Assembly: GCA_963769025.1 (NCBI GenBank)
Contig: CAVYKI010000009.1
Coordinates: 928,001 to 992,000, forward strand
Reading direction: 5' to 3'
From: an uncultured Verrucomicrobiae bacterium
Lineage (GTDB): Bacteria > Verrucomicrobiota > Verrucomicrobiia > Chthoniobacterales > Chthoniobacteraceae
Length of the DNA stretch: 64,000 bases
Positions within the stretch are counted from its first letter, which is position 1. Each line of letters starts with the position of its first letter. The position numbers and the translations under genes were made by a program. This document shows, piece after piece, positions 11,181-19,943 of this stretch. The notes beneath the pieces are model-generated. The model was not told the DNA's origin, searched no databases, and saw only the letters and a list, made by a program, of their open reading frames with translations.

Positions 11181-13109
11181 ATGTCACAAAACTCCCGAGC
11201 ATCGTCACCCACCCCCGGCATCCGCCGCCGCTGCCCGGATTGTGGAGCGGAATTCGATGCCGCGGCTGTTCGCGGCACGACGGCGAACTGCTGCGATGCA
11301 TGCCAGGTGAAGCGGATGACCTTCGTGCCCCCTCCCATCGCCGCGGTCATTCCGGCGCCGGAAGCAGAGCCGCGCTGGTATCGCTCGCGAATCATGTGGC
11401 TCGGGCTGCTAATTTCCGCCGCAGCAGCGACCGCCGGGTTCGTCTGGCGGAAGCCCCTCGTCCACCAATACCGCGAGTGGACGCAAGACATGCACGCGAG
11501 GCGCGCAGCGGAAGGCCTTGAAAACAAGGACTACCAGCGCGCGATCCTCGACGGCCGCAAGGCGCTCGAATTCGATGCTTTCGATGTGGAGGCAAACCGC
11601 GTCATCGCAAAGGCGTTCGAAGCTCAAGGATCCGCAGAGGCGATCGCATGGCGTGCGAGGCTCAACATCATCAAGCCTGGCGATCCTGAAAACGCGCTCT
11701 CGTGGGCGCGTGACGCGTTGGACATCGGCGACGTCGACACCGCCGAGGATGCCCTCGCGGTGCTGAAACCCTCCGACCAAGGCGGCGCAACGTTTCACGG
11801 CATCGCGGCCAGGATCGCGCTGGGGAAGAGGGACCTCGAAAAGGCGGAGTCGCACTGGACCGAAGCGGTGCGCCTCGAACCATCTTCCGACGACTACCGG
11901 CTGAGTCTTGCAAGGCTGCAGGTGCGCTCGCGCACGGCGGGTGTCCGCGACGCTGCAACGAGGACGCTCGAATCGCTCACGGAAAATCCGGCCCATCGTG
12001 TCACCGCGCTTCGCACGCTGATCGAGGATGCAATGAACCATCAGGAATTTTCCCATGCACGGGCGCTCGCCGATCGGCTCGTTGCGATTCCAGATGCCCC
12101 CTTTGGCGATCGCATCGGACGCCTCGCCGTGCTCCGCGACCAGAATGCGCCGGATGCGCCGCAATATCTCGAGCAGCTCCGCGCTGAATCGATCGGGAAG
12201 CCGGAGCAGCTTTCCACGTTGCTCGAGTGGATGAATCAAAACGAACTCCCGCTTCTCGTTTCAGACTGGGTGCCGGCGCTTCCGCCGGGCATCTCGTCGA
12301 AACCTCCCGTGTCCCTCGCCGTTGCGGACGCCTATGGCCGCGGCCGCGAATGGACGAAGCTGAAGTCGCTGGTGGAAACCGCTTCGTGGAAAGGCTTCGA
12401 ACACGTCCGCCTCGCGTACCTCGCTCACGCGCTGAACAATCTTGGCAACGTCGTCGCAGCGAAGACGACTTGGGGCCGGGCAATCGCGGAATGCGACGAA
12501 AAACCCGAACGCCTCGCGTTTCTCGTCCGCCTCGCACAGACATGGCGGTGGGATGAGCCCGCGGAACTCACGCTGCGAAAGCTGTCCGCCGACGAGCGCA
12601 CGCCGATATGGGTGCTCGACGCGCTTTGGAACGTCGCGCGGAAATCCGGCGACTCCGCCGAATTGCACAGGCTGAGCCGCCTCATCGTAAAGACACGCCC
12701 GAAGAACCCGGCTGCGCGCAACAACTTCATCCGCCTCTCGCTGCTGCGCCACATGGACGAGGGCTCCACCCATGCTCTCGCCAGCGCGCTTTTCAAGGAG
12801 CGCCCGGACGACATCTCCTGCGCGGTGACATATGCGCTGTCGCTCTTTCTGAAGGACAAGGTTTACGAAGCCGTGGAGACCATGCAGACATTTCCCGCCG
12901 ACCGACTCCGCGCGCCCGAAGCCGCGCTCTACTACGCGATCTTCCTCCAGGCCTCGGGCGACACGGGAAAGGCGGACGAATTCTTCGCACTGTCCAAGGG
13001 GCCGGCGCTGCTCCGCGAGGAGGAGGAACTGACCGCGAAGGTGAGGCGCGAATCGCGATTCAACACGCTCACGCCTGCACCGAAGAAACCGAAGGCGCAG
13101 GCGGAATAG
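11181..13109 (+). CDS. Membrane-anchored TPR-like helical repeat protein with N-terminal Cys cluster
   Basis: CPDC...CCDAC, one hydrophobic segment (IMWLGLLISAAAATAGFVW), then helical repeats; start uncertain. Confidence 0.7.
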   Translation: MSQNSRASSPTPGIRRRCPDCGAEFDAAAVRGTTANCCDACQVKRMTFVPPPIAAVIPAPEAEPRWYRSRIMWLGLLISAAAATAGFVWRKPLVHQYREWTQDMHARRAAEGLENKDYQRAILDGRKALEFDAFDVEANRVIAKAFEAQGSAEAIAWRARLNIIKPGDPENALSWARDALDIGDVDTAEDALAVLKPSDQGGATFHGIAARIALGKRDLEKAESHWTEAVRLEPSSDDYRLSLARLQVRSRTAGVRDAATRTLESLTENPAHRVTALRTLIEDAMNHQEFSHARALADRLVAIPDAPFGDRIGRLAVLRDQNAPDAPQYLEQLRAESIGKPEQLSTLLEWMNQNELPLLVSDWVPALPPGISSKPPVSLAVADAYGRGREWTKLKSLVETASWKGFEHVRLAYLAHALNNLGNVVAAKTTWGRAIAECDEKPERLAFLVRLAQTWRWDEPAELTLRKLSADERTPIWVLDALWNVARKSGDSAELHRLSRLIVKTRPKNPAARNNFIRLSLLRHMDEGSTHALASALFKERPDDISCAVTYALSLFLKDKVYEAVETMQTFPADRLRAPEAALYYAIFLQASGDTGKADEFFALSKGPALLREEEELTAKVRRESRFNTLTPAPKKPKAQAE

Positions 13110-13115
13110 CGTTCC

Positions 13116-14231
13116 TCAATCACCCGCCGGCGGCCTGGCAAACCGAAAGCCCTCAAGCGACACAGTGGGGCCGATGCCTTTGGAGAAGGCCGCGACCTTG
13201 AACGATGTGCCCATGAACTGCGGGTGCATCAGCGTCTGGAATGCGCGGCGCTCGGAGGCATTCGCACCATCGGCAAAATGCGCGACGCCGACACCGACCA
13301 TGAAGTGATGCTGATCCGTGAAACCCTCCAGGCGCAGTCCCGATACCGATGCCGCCTCGATGAGGCTGTCGAACTCGACATGCGCCGTGAGATCGATCTC
13401 GCCAGGCCGAACAAGCGGATCGCGCTCGCGCCGATGATTTGCATACGCCGACAGCGTGCCCTCGGTTCGCTCCGGCGCGTAGTATTCGAGACGCGGAAAG
13501 CCGTAGTCCACCGCGAGCACAAATCCGCGCCGCATGACGGCAGCCAGTTCGCCGATCCACTCCGCCGCCGCGAGATTCACCTCCGTCGTATAACCCTCCG
13601 GCAGCGGACCCGGAATCCGAGCGCACGCCGCGCCGAGCGCGCCGGAGGGTGCCGGACCATCGACAAAGACGAACCGCCCATCACGCTCCACGACGATTCG
13701 CTCACGCCACTCACGGCCCGTCCATTTCACCAGATGCACCGGGAATGCATCCGGCAGTTCGTTGGAAAGATGCACGCCTGCCTCAACGCGAAGCTCATCC
13801 AGCCCGCGCACCCACTCCGCTGTTTCACCGCAAGCAGCGAGCCGCTCGCGCTGCCGTGCTTCGAGCTTCGGAAATGGTTCCACGATTTTGTAACGCATTG
13901 CCTTGTGGCAGTCTGAAAACATCGTGCGCAACCCGCCGAGCACATCCGCCGCGAGGTCGCCGCCGTGCGCGCCCTGTTCGACGATCGTGAAATCCCCAGG
14001 CTCCCCGAGCACCCGCCACATCCCCGCGATCTGCCTCGCGAGCAATCTTCCAAAAAGAGGCCCCACGCTCACATTCGTAAAAAAATCGCCGCCCCGTCCG
14101 ATGCGCGCATTGCCCGACGCGTAGTAGCCGAGTTCCGGATGATATAGCGCCAGTTCCATGAACCGCCGGAAAGGCATCGGCCCGCCGGTGGCAATCTCGG
14201 AACGGATCAATTCGGTGAGCGTGGCGGACAT
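13116..14231 (-). CDS. SAM-dependent methyltransferase, MidA/NDUFAF7 family
   Basis: FMELALYHP..GYY, GDFFT, EQGAHGG, SNELPDAFP, DYG, DLTAHV. Confidence 0.9.
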   Translation of the reverse strand: MSATLTELIRSEIATGGPMPFRRFMELALYHPELGYYASGNARIGRGGDFFTNVSVGPLFGRLLARQIAGMWRVLGEPGDFTIVEQGAHGGDLAADVLGGLRTMFSDCHKAMRYKIVEPFPKLEARQRERLAACGETAEWVRGLDELRVEAGVHLSNELPDAFPVHLVKWTGREWRERIVVERDGRFVFVDGPAPSGALGAACARIPGPLPEGYTTEVNLAAAEWIGELAAVMRRGFVLAVDYGFPRLEYYAPERTEGTLSAYANHRRERDPLVRPGEIDLTAHVEFDSLIEAASVSGLRLEGFTDQHHFMVGVGVAHFADGANASERRAFQTLMHPQFMGTSFKVAAFSKGIGPTVSLEGFRFARPPAGD

Positions 14232-14356
14232 CGGAAGCAGCACGCTTAGCCGCCACACACGGCGCGCAAAGAAAGAATTCATCCCGGGTTCGCAAACTAA
14301 GAACTCTTTCCCCCAAAGACTTGTCCCCCGCACAACGCCGGAACTAGCTTCGCTCC

Positions 14357-15619
14357 ATGCTCACACGCCTCCTTTTCCTCGCCCTGCTCACCCACGCCGC
14401 CGTCGCCGAGGACTGGCCCCAATGGCGCGGACCGCGCAACGACGGCCGCAGCACCGAGAACTCCTTTCCCACCACGTGGAGCAAGACCGAAAACGTCCTC
14501 TGGCGCACCGAACTCCCCGGCGGAGGCCACGCCTCGCCCATCGTGTATGGCGGCAAAGTCTTCACCGTCGCCGCCACTCCCGATACCGGCGAGCGCCTCC
14601 TCCTCTGCCTCGACCGCACGACGGGCAGGAAGCTCTGGCAGCAGACCGTCGTGAAGTCTCCCGCCGAGCGCATCCACCGCGAAAACAGCCACGCCTCCTC
14701 CACGCCGGCGTGCGATGGCGACCGCGTCTTCTGCACCTTCCTCGATGGCAAGGACGTCGTCGTCTCCGCCTACAGCCTCGACGGGAAAATGCTCTGGCAA
14801 AAGCGTCCCGGCATTTTCACGAGCGTCCACGGCTTTTGCAGCACGCCGATTCCGTACAAGGACAAGATCATCGTGAACTGCGACCACGACGGCGACGGCT
14901 ATATCGTCGCACTCGCGCGCGCAGATGGCCGCGAACTTTGGCGGATCGAGCGACCGAACAAGACGCGCAGCTACTGCACGCCCATCATCCGCGAAGCCGC
15001 CGGCCGCACGCAGATGGTCCTGAGCGGGAGCAAGTGCATCGCAAGTTACGACCCCGACACCGGCAAACAGCTCTGGATCGTGGACGGCCCCACCGACCAG
15101 TTCGTCGCTTCGCCGGTCTATTCGGAAAAGACCGGCCTCTTCTACATCACCGGCGGATTCCCCGAACACCACATCATGGCCATCCGCCCGGACGGCAACG
15201 GCAACGTCACCAACACACACGTCGTCTGGCATCACAACAATGGCGCGGGCGTCTCCTACGTCCCCTCACCGATCATCGAAGGCGACTGGTTCCTCGTCAC
15301 CGACGACCGCGGATTCGCCCACGCCTTCGATGCAAGGACCGGCGACATCGTCTGGAATGAAAAGTTTGGCCGCAGCCACGCCAGCATCGTCAGTGCCGCC
15401 GGCCTTCTCTATTTCATGAACGACGCCGGAGTGTGCCGCGTCGTGAAGCCCGCCGACAAATTCGCCACCATCGCCACGAACGATCTCGGCGAACCCTCCT
15501 ACGCCTCCCCCGCCCTCAGCGACGGCCAGATTTTCCTCCGCACGGACAAAGCGCTCTACTGCATCGGCCACCCGGCGAAAACCGCCGCCACTTCGCCCGC
15601 GCCGCAAGCCAAACCGTAA
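14357..15619 (+). CDS. PQQ-like beta-propeller repeat protein
   Basis: Signal peptide, DWPQWRGP, repeated SP/TP...TG..LW blades. Confidence 0.9.
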   Translation: MLTRLLFLALLTHAAVAEDWPQWRGPRNDGRSTENSFPTTWSKTENVLWRTELPGGGHASPIVYGGKVFTVAATPDTGERLLLCLDRTTGRKLWQQTVVKSPAERIHRENSHASSTPACDGDRVFCTFLDGKDVVVSAYSLDGKMLWQKRPGIFTSVHGFCSTPIPYKDKIIVNCDHDGDGYIVALARADGRELWRIERPNKTRSYCTPIIREAAGRTQMVLSGSKCIASYDPDTGKQLWIVDGPTDQFVASPVYSEKTGLFYITGGFPEHHIMAIRPDGNGNVTNTHVVWHHNNGAGVSYVPSPIIEGDWFLVTDDRGFAHAFDARTGDIVWNEKFGRSHASIVSAAGLLYFMNDAGVCRVVKPADKFATIATNDLGEPSYASPALSDGQIFLRTDKALYCIGHPAKTAATSPAPQAKP

Positions 15620-15666
15620 GCTTGACCGTCCGCCCCTGAGGACTCAGCGATTCCTTCCTCTCACGG

Positions 15667-16626
15667 ATGTTGTTTCGCTCACTCTGCCTCGCCCTGCCCC
15701 TGCTCCTCGCCGCCTGCGCGGTAAACTCTTCGACCGCGACGGGGCGCATTCCAAAGCCGGACATCCTTGCCCTGCCGGATGCGCGCCGCATGGCGGTGTA
15801 TCACTTCGGCGATCCGCAGGGCACGCCCGTGTTCTTTTTCCACGGCTGGCCCAGCGACGCCGGCACCGGCGTGCTGCTGGATGCCGCTGCGCGGAAGCAT
15901 CACCTCCACGTGATCGCCCCGGATCGCCCAGGCATCGGCCGCAGCGATCCGAAGCCAAATCGTACGCTTGCGGACTGGCCTGGAGACGTCCGGGCAATCG
16001 CGGCGCACTATCGTCTCGGTAAATTTGCCGTGCTCGGCATCTCCGGCGGCGGTCCGTACGCACTGGCGACGGCACGGGCGATGCCGGGACAGGTCACCTC
16101 CGTCACAGTCGTCAGTGGCGTCCCTCCGCTGGATGATCCGCGCGACGTGGACACCCTGCCCGCAAGTTATCGCCGGCTGATGCGAGGGCAAAGCGACCAC
16201 CCGGAGAGCATGCGGGTACAGTTCCGCGCCGCCCGCCCGCTGCTAAGCCATGTCGTGCCGGACGCCTTTCTGTATCTCGGCACGCTCAACCTTCCCGCTC
16301 CCGATCGCGCCGCGCTCGCCAATCCACGCACCGCCGCAGCCGTCTTTGGCGGAATGCGACGGAGTTGGCGCTCATCCAGCGACGGCGTTTACGAGGACGC
16401 AGTCCTCTACGCGAGCCCGTGGAGTTTCTCGCCCTCGCAAATCCGCACACCCGTGGAATTCTGGCACGGTGCCCTGGACCGCAACTTCCCGCCGGAACTC
16501 GCGCGCAAACTCGCCGCCAAAATCCCCGGCGCGCGCATCCACATCGTGCCCGACGAGGGCCACTACTCCCTGCCCGTGAAGCACGCCGAGGCAATCCTTG
16601 CGCCCCTCGCCCGAAAGGCGCGCTGA
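15667..16626 (+). CDS. Alpha/beta hydrolase (possible lipoprotein)
   Basis: HGWP, DRPGIG, GISGG nucleophile elbow, WHG..D, GH; LAAC lipobox. Confidence 0.9.
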   Translation: MLFRSLCLALPLLLAACAVNSSTATGRIPKPDILALPDARRMAVYHFGDPQGTPVFFFHGWPSDAGTGVLLDAAARKHHLHVIAPDRPGIGRSDPKPNRTLADWPGDVRAIAAHYRLGKFAVLGISGGGPYALATARAMPGQVTSVTVVSGVPPLDDPRDVDTLPASYRRLMRGQSDHPESMRVQFRAARPLLSHVVPDAFLYLGTLNLPAPDRAALANPRTAAAVFGGMRRSWRSSSDGVYEDAVLYASPWSFSPSQIRTPVEFWHGALDRNFPPELARKLAAKIPGARIHIVPDEGHYSLPVKHAEAILAPLARKAR

Positions 16627-16641
16627 CCGCGCCCCTCCGCC

Positions 16642-17598
16642 CTACGATCCGCCGCGGTAAATGCGCGCGAGTTGCAGCAGCAGGGCTTCAAGTTCACGGA
16701 AGTAGTCATCCTCCTTCATCGCGGACTTCCGATCACGGAGACCGGCGACTTCCCGTTCCAGCAAGTCACGCTCTGCGCGCTGCGAGGCGGTAAGCGCAAG
16801 CTCGGCGGCACTGCGGACGAGATGAATCTGCGCGCCGCGCAACCCGTCCGGCGCGCTTCCATCCCGCGCCTTCTTCACGGCTCGGACGCCGGAGAACCAG
16901 TCGGGCGGCGTGCCGAGCCCGTCGCCGTTGTCGTCGAGCAACGAGTGCTCGGTCGCGATACGCCCCTCGTCCTTGTAGAAATCGGCAGTCTTGCGCGCTG
17001 CGGTGAGCCATGCCTCCAGCAACGATGTCTCGCCGTCCTTGTCGATGTCCGCAGAAGGATCGGCGATCGTCTGCGCGAGATAGCCACCAAAACGCGAGTA
17101 GTTGTTCTCCGAGCCGTTCTTCGTCGCAGTGACGACGACGCGGTCCGCCCCCGCGAGCGGTTTCAGCCAAGCACCGCTCGCCGAGAATGCGCAGACGACC
17201 ACCACCGTGCGCCGGAAGGGCTTCAACCATGCCGCAAGCTCCGAGGCGGCGAGGTCGTCGCCACGGAGGTTGAACTTCGCATCCTTCGCGTCGGCCGTGC
17301 CGTGTCCGAGGAGCACGATCCACAGTTCGTTCGCGCCTTCCTTCGGCTCCGCCTCGATCGCAGCTTTCAGCCGGTCGCGGTCCGATGCGGCGTCCTTATC
17401 CAGGCCGAACGTGAGGGTTTTCGCACCACCCGCATTGGACGCCTTCTGCCAATGCGCCGCCCACGCCGCGAATGCATCGTCATATCCCTGCTCCCCGCCC
17501 GCGCCCGCCGCGATGAGCACCGTGACTCGCTCGTTTTCCCCATTCGCAAGGAACGGCGTGACGAGGGACAGAACTACGAGCAGCAACCGGATCATCAT
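16642..17598 (-). CDS. Secreted caspase/peptidase-C13-like fold protein
   Basis: Signal peptide; LLGHG; VVVCAFSASG; VVTAT; DIDKDGETSLLEA; last gene of the MoxR operon (ATGA overlap). Confidence 0.65.
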   Translation of the reverse strand: MMIRLLLVVLSLVTPFLANGENERVTVLIAAGAGGEQGYDDAFAAWAAHWQKASNAGGAKTLTFGLDKDAASDRDRLKAAIEAEPKEGANELWIVLLGHGTADAKDAKFNLRGDDLAASELAAWLKPFRRTVVVVCAFSASGAWLKPLAGADRVVVTATKNGSENNYSRFGGYLAQTIADPSADIDKDGETSLLEAWLTAARKTADFYKDEGRIATEHSLLDDNGDGLGTPPDWFSGVRAVKKARDGSAPDGLRGAQIHLVRSAAELALTASQRAERDLLEREVAGLRDRKSAMKEDDYFRELEALLLQLARIYRGGS

Positions 17599-19943
17599 GC
17601 GAGTCCGGAACGGCGACGCAGGCCCCATTCCGCAAGAAAGCAGCCGAGTGAAAAAAGAAACACCCAAGGCGTATGCCACAGAGGCTCGGTGACCGTCTCG
17701 GTGATCGGCGCATTCCGCCGCGGCAGGTCGCGGGAAAATGTCTCCAGGCGCTCCGCCGCGATGACCTCGCCGCCGGTCTTGCGCGCAAGGTCGGCCATGA
17801 GTGTGCGATTCGGAGCGAGCACGCGGAATTCGTCGGCGTCGAAGTTCGTGCTCCATCCGGTTTGCGCGGTCCCGGCGTTCGCACCGCTCTCATTCAGCAC
17901 CGTCGCCTCGACCAGGTAGCCGCCGCTCTCACGCGGCACGTAGGTCGCAATGTAAACTCCTGCGTCCTTTGGCGACGGTTCGGCGGCGATGGTGAGTTCC
18001 GCGTCCGGCCCGCGCGCACCCGCACGCACCACCTTCACCGTCACCCGCGCATTTTCGATCGGCTCAAACTTCGCGTCCCGCGCCCGCACTTCGATCCGCA
18101 CGCCATGCGCATCCGCCTGCGGCTCCGCATGCATCTCGATCGCACCCGGCACGTCCGCGACGAGCCAGCGCACCATCTGCCGCCACGCCCGCCCGAGATC
18201 CTTTTGCCGTACTTCGTCGCCGAGACCCGTATGCCACAGGTCGCCGATCAGCATCGCCGCCGTGCGACCGCGTCCGAAACGCTGCGTGACGAGCGCCGGA
18301 TGCTCGCGCTTCCCGTCGCTCACCGTCGCAATGACGGTGGCCGCGGGTTTTGCCGTGCCGACGTGATTGAGAACGCCGGACGCCGGAAGTTCGTCCAGAC
18401 GTTTGCGCTCGTCGCCCTCCGTCGTGCGCAGCCGCGCCCAAGGCTGGAGCCAGCCCTCGCGCGTGAGCGACAGGCGCAATTCGCCCGGCTCCTCGGTGGC
18501 CCGCTTGGTGAGATACACTGGCAGCATTTCCCCCACTGCCGTCTGCGAATAATTCCCGTCGCCGAACGACTCCGCTCCGCCGAGCATCAGAAAGCCGCCG
18601 CCACGCTCGCTCACGAATCGCTGAAGCAGCGACATCTGCGCCGGGGTGAAGAACTCCGCCTCCACATCGTCGAGGATGATCGCGCGGTAGCGGAAAAGCT
18701 CCTCCGCGGTCTTCGGAAAGCCGCCGCGCAGTTCGTTCTCATCCTCGGTGCCGAGGCGCACCAGCACCGGCTGGTCGTAGCGCTCGATCTCTTCCTTCGA
18801 CTGGTTTCCGAAGCCGCGGAAGAGCGGATTGCTCGACTCGCCCGCACGGCCGCGAAAATCAAACTTCGGTTCCCTTTTCGCGATGCGGATGAGCGCCACG
18901 AGCTGCGTCTGCTCCTCGCCATCGAGTGCGCGGCGCAGGAATTTGTACTCCCAGTTTGGCCGCCCGCTCACGTACAGCAGGCGATACGGCCCGCCGCCGC
19001 GATCCACGGTCACGATGGTTTCGTTGTTCGCCAGCGTCGCCTCGGGCGCCCCTGGGTTCTTCGCGCCGACGCTGAGCCGGTACGAGGCCACACCCGGCTT
19101 TTCGGGCTTCAGGCGGAATTGGAACACGACCTTCGTCGCATCGCGCGGCACTTTCAGGAATTCCTCCGCGACTGGCTTCGAGTCCGCAACCGGAGTTCCG
19201 GAGCCGATGAGAAAGAGTCTGCCGACGATCGTCTCATCCCCGAAACCTGAAGCACTCACATCCGCCTGCACGGTCACAGGCGCATCGTCGAACGAAGTCA
19301 GCGTGACCGCCGTGCTTGTGATCGCGAGATCCCGCCTGGCCTTGTCGCTGCCGAATACCACCGGATACACGGGTGGCAGACCCTCGATCGCCCCGACATC
19401 CGCGAGATCGCCTGCGTTACCATCGGTCATCAGGACGATCCCAGCGAGGGGCTGTCCGCGATGCCGTGCAGCGATCTGCCTCAGCGATGCGCCCAATGCG
19501 CTGGTGCGTCCGTCAAAGTTCAGATCGGAGAAGGCATCCGTGGGCCGCAGACGCGAATCCGCGAGGTAATTTCGGACCTCGAAATTCTCTCCAAGCGACT
19601 TCCGCCACCCGCTCCGCTCGCCGACGAGGCTCTCCCGGATCTCCGCACCACGCGACAATTCCGCATCCGGCTCCTGCAACGAGAGGCTCCGGCTGTTGTC
19701 CGCGACGATCGCAAAGACGTTCGCCCCCGGCTTCGCCTTCTCGCGGCTCCACATCGGCTCTAGCAGACACGCGAGGAGCGCCGCGATTCCCAGAAGCTTC
19801 AGCACCGCACACGCAAGCTTCAGCGGCATCGACGCGCCGCCGCGGAGATACGACCACGCGACAAACAGGATCGAGCAAGCCGCGAGCGCCGCCACCGGCA
19901 TCAGCCACGCCGTTCCCGCAAAGAAGAGGGTGCCGACGGACAT
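17595..19943 (-). CDS. Membrane protein with vWA and class I glutamine-amidotransferase-like domains
   Basis: Two N-terminal TM segments, DNSRS and MTDG (MIDAS-like), IILDDV...GGGFLMLGG, C-terminal EWGLRRRSGLA. Confidence 0.8.
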   Translation of the reverse strand: MSVGTLFFAGTAWLMPVAALAACSILFVAWSYLRGGASMPLKLACAVLKLLGIAALLACLLEPMWSREKAKPGANVFAIVADNSRSLSLQEPDAELSRGAEIRESLVGERSGWRKSLGENFEVRNYLADSRLRPTDAFSDLNFDGRTSALGASLRQIAARHRGQPLAGIVLMTDGNAGDLADVGAIEGLPPVYPVVFGSDKARRDLAITSTAVTLTSFDDAPVTVQADVSASGFGDETIVGRLFLIGSGTPVADSKPVAEEFLKVPRDATKVVFQFRLKPEKPGVASYRLSVGAKNPGAPEATLANNETIVTVDRGGGPYRLLYVSGRPNWEYKFLRRALDGEEQTQLVALIRIAKREPKFDFRGRAGESSNPLFRGFGNQSKEEIERYDQPVLVRLGTEDENELRGGFPKTAEELFRYRAIILDDVEAEFFTPAQMSLLQRFVSERGGGFLMLGGAESFGDGNYSQTAVGEMLPVYLTKRATEEPGELRLSLTREGWLQPWARLRTTEGDERKRLDELPASGVLNHVGTAKPAATVIATVSDGKREHPALVTQRFGRGRTAAMLIGDLWHTGLGDEVRQKDLGRAWRQMVRWLVADVPGAIEMHAEPQADAHGVRIEVRARDAKFEPIENARVTVKVVRAGARGPDAELTIAAEPSPKDAGVYIATYVPRESGGYLVEATVLNESGANAGTAQTGWSTNFDADEFRVLAPNRTLMADLARKTGGEVIAAERLETFSRDLPRRNAPITETVTEPLWHTPWVFLFSLGCFLAEWGLRRRSGLA

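Noticed and set aside
14310..14335. CCCCAAA...CCGCACAA upstream of the PQQ-propeller gene as another ECF site
   Set aside because: Upstream half mismatched and spacer 10 rather than 11 nt.
16657..16682. CGGTAAA half-site
   Set aside because: Inside a coding 3' end and lacks the CGCAC half.
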